Below, piece by piece: positions 61,587 to 64,000 of a DNA stretch of 64,000 nucleotides. The position numbers and the translations under genes were made by a program. Source of the stretch: Mobula hypostoma (lineage: Eukaryota); contig NC_086107.1 of the NCBI RefSeq assembly GCF_963921235.1, positions 106,890,001 through 106,954,000 on the forward strand, written 5' to 3'. The notes beneath the pieces were generated by a model. The model did no database searches, was not told the DNA's origin, and saw nothing but the letters and a program-made list of their open reading frames with translations. Positions within the stretch are counted from its first letter, which is position 1, and each line of letters opens with the position of its first letter.

Positions 61587-63591
61587 TGAACAGAAATCAA
61601 AGATCGAAGGACAAACTGGCTGTGATTTTCTGGAGACTAAGCTTGTCTGTGCCTATGGAACTGAAGGCCTGAGCAGCTTGCATTACACTCTGATGGGAGC
61701 ATCGAGCGTTCACTGACAGGAGGATATGAAGGCAAGTCAGAAAGGCATCACTGAATTATACATTTGTTGCCTCCTCCCACACACTCCCTTCCCAGCTCCC
61801 CGCAGTATTTACGACTGAGATGATTTATTACTGGGCAGCTTCACAAAGAACCAGGGAGTCCCTGGTTAAACTCCCCTTGTGTTCTGCCATCTGTGTCTGC
61901 TGTGCCTCAGCAATTGCTACCCCTACCCTGAGTCATAAAATTGCGGGTTTAACAATCTAGACTTGTGCTTCATTGCTTGAGAGAGATTGCCACACCGTCA
62001 GAGGGGTGTCACCAGATAGGTGGGGAGGATGAATCGTTCAAAAGGCACACAGGCTCTGTGAAAGTGTAATGGAGATCAGACCGGAACGTGGAAATGAGGC
62101 CAAGGTCAGGTCCATACGACCTGACTGAAGGTGATCCACGCGTCCCCTTCCTGTTTGCATTTTTATGTCCTATGTACGGTATGTTATTGACTCCAATAAC
62201 CTGGTGAAGATCTGGGTGGCTGCAATCACCCAGAAGGCCTGCTGGGCCTCGAACTCAGCAGGAAAGGGATGGGAAGGAATTTTCAGGGGTGTTTCCGCAT
62301 GAGAGATACACAGGAGATTGCTGAAGCTGTAATCCGGGGCAACAGATGATCTGCTGGGGGAGATCAGCAGGGTGAGCTGTGGCTGCATGAGGGAAGGATC
62401 CTGTTGACATCCCAGGCCGAAACGAGGACCTGCCGAAGGGCCTCGGCCTGAAACATCGACTGTACTGTTATCCTAGATGCAGCCTGGCCCGCTGGGTTCC
62501 TCCAGCGTTTTGTGTGTGTTGCTCAGACTTGCAGCATCTGCAGATTTTCTCTTGTTTGTGATCAGGACAGGTTGCAGGGCTAACGCACTCCTGTTGTAGG
62601 GTTTTGGCCTGAAACAACGACAGGTCCTTCCTTCTCACAGATACTGCTTGACCTACTGACTTTACTTGTTTATCTATTGATACCACATGGAGTGGGCCCT
62701 TCCAGCCCTTCGAACTGCGCTGTCCCAGCAACCACCGACAACCTAATCACACGGGACAATTCACAACGACCAATTAACTTACCCGGTGCATCTTTGGACT
62801 GTGGGAGGAAACTGGAGCACCCGGAGAAAACCCACGCATTCCACCGGGAGGACGTATGGAGTCTCCTTACAGAGGAGGCTGGAATTGAACTTCAAACTCT
62901 GAAACGCACCCAGCTGCAACGGCGCGGCGCCAACCTCTGGCTGCTTGTTTGCTCCTAGCTTCCACCAGGTCTTTAAAGAAAGTCAAAGGTTGAAAATCTG
63001 AAAAAAAATACTGCAGATGCTGGAAATCTGAAATTAAACACCGATCTGAAAATCCCGGAAGATCTCCGCAGGATTGGGCAGCATCTGCGGAAGGAGAAGT
63101 AGTTGACACATCAGTCCAGTCTTGTCATGAGCCCCACAGGCCTCTACGGCTTGCCATAGGACGTTGGGCTTCTGGGTTTCTCAAGCACCTATATTTCCTA
63201 ATTGTTAGGGCCGTTGAGCCCAGGAGCTTTCAATTTAATCTTGTTAGGTTGATTGTGACTGGCTCAAGTTTCTCGCACTCTATGATTATTTGAAGGGACT
63301 CTTGTGCTCTGTAAGCGGAGTCCTCCTGTGTGTTTGCGGAGAATGATTTGCCCTGCGGTGTCGCTCGGTCGTGCCTCCGGTGCTCTGTTAGTACTCCTAC
63401 GTCGAACTTCTTGTCTCGGTCTCTGCTGTTCCTCTGCTCCTCGGGTCGAGTCGTTTCCAGCGCACTCCGTGACTTTATCAGTCCTGCTGGCGTGCAGGAA
63501 TCCTTCATCGAAACTTTAAGAAAAGCTGCAATGGGTTCTGATGCATTTACGGGAGATGGAATTACTTTTTAAAGTTTTTTCATGAAGTTAT

Positions 63592-64000
63592 ATATAACCG
63601 TATAACAATTACAGCATGGAAACAGGCCATCTCAGCCCTTCTAGTCTGTGCCAAACTCTTACTCTCATCTAGTCCCACCGACCTGCACTCAGCCCATAAC
63701 CCTCCATTCCTTTCCTGTCCATATATCTATCCAATTTAACTTTAAGCGACAACATCGAACCTGCCTCAACCACTTCTGCTGGAAGCTCGTTCCACACAGC
63801 TACCACTCTCTGAGTAAAGAAGTTCCCCCTCATGTTACCCCTAAACTTTTGCCCTTTAACTCTCAACTCATGTCCTCTTGTTTGAATCTCCCCCACTCTC
63901 AATGGAAAAAGCCTATCCATGTCAACTCTATCTATCCCCCTCATAATTTTAAATACCCCTATCAAGTCCCACCTCAACCTGCTACGTTCCAAAGAATAAA
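63592..64000 (-). mobile_element. Young CR1 3' end (runs off the window)
   Basis: ORF 63669-63992: DLIGVFKIMRG...NFFTQRVVAVWNELP. Confidence 0.92.

Noticed and set aside
61143..61600. Leu/Ser/Pro-rich and Glu/Arg-rich ORFs
   Set aside because: Artefacts of the polypurine tract.

Overview
Repeat-dense vertebrate genomic DNA. The CR1, Rex/Babar, Penelope and tRNA-SINE repertoire suggests a cartilaginous fish, probably a ray (inference). The only confidently identified host gene is the 3' end of IFT27 (RABL4): three coding exons on + at 5255-5372, 6017-6126 and 8044-8142. The remaining ~55 kb is mostly layered, often nested transposable elements: CR1, Rex/Babar, RTE, L1/Tx1, Penelope-like (PLE), solo LTRs, Tc1/Tigger/hAT MITEs and SINEs. 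The most interesting signal is a concentration of putative self-cleaving RNAs carried by retroelements. About nine minimal type-I hammerhead motifs sit at PLE-derived ends, one of them in sense orientation in the last IFT27 intron. Two short RTE-like non-autonomous families have 5' ends that fold into HDV/CPEB3-like double pseudoknots with an unusual extra hairpin beside the catalytic loop. Also noted: a phase-consistent candidate 93-aa three-exon ORF in a CpG-retaining island (20309-22512), a near-perfect RFX X-box, and a Tigger-type element that supplies the first AATAAA after the IFT27 stop. All family names come from recognition and recall, not from database searches, and most TE boundaries are approximate.
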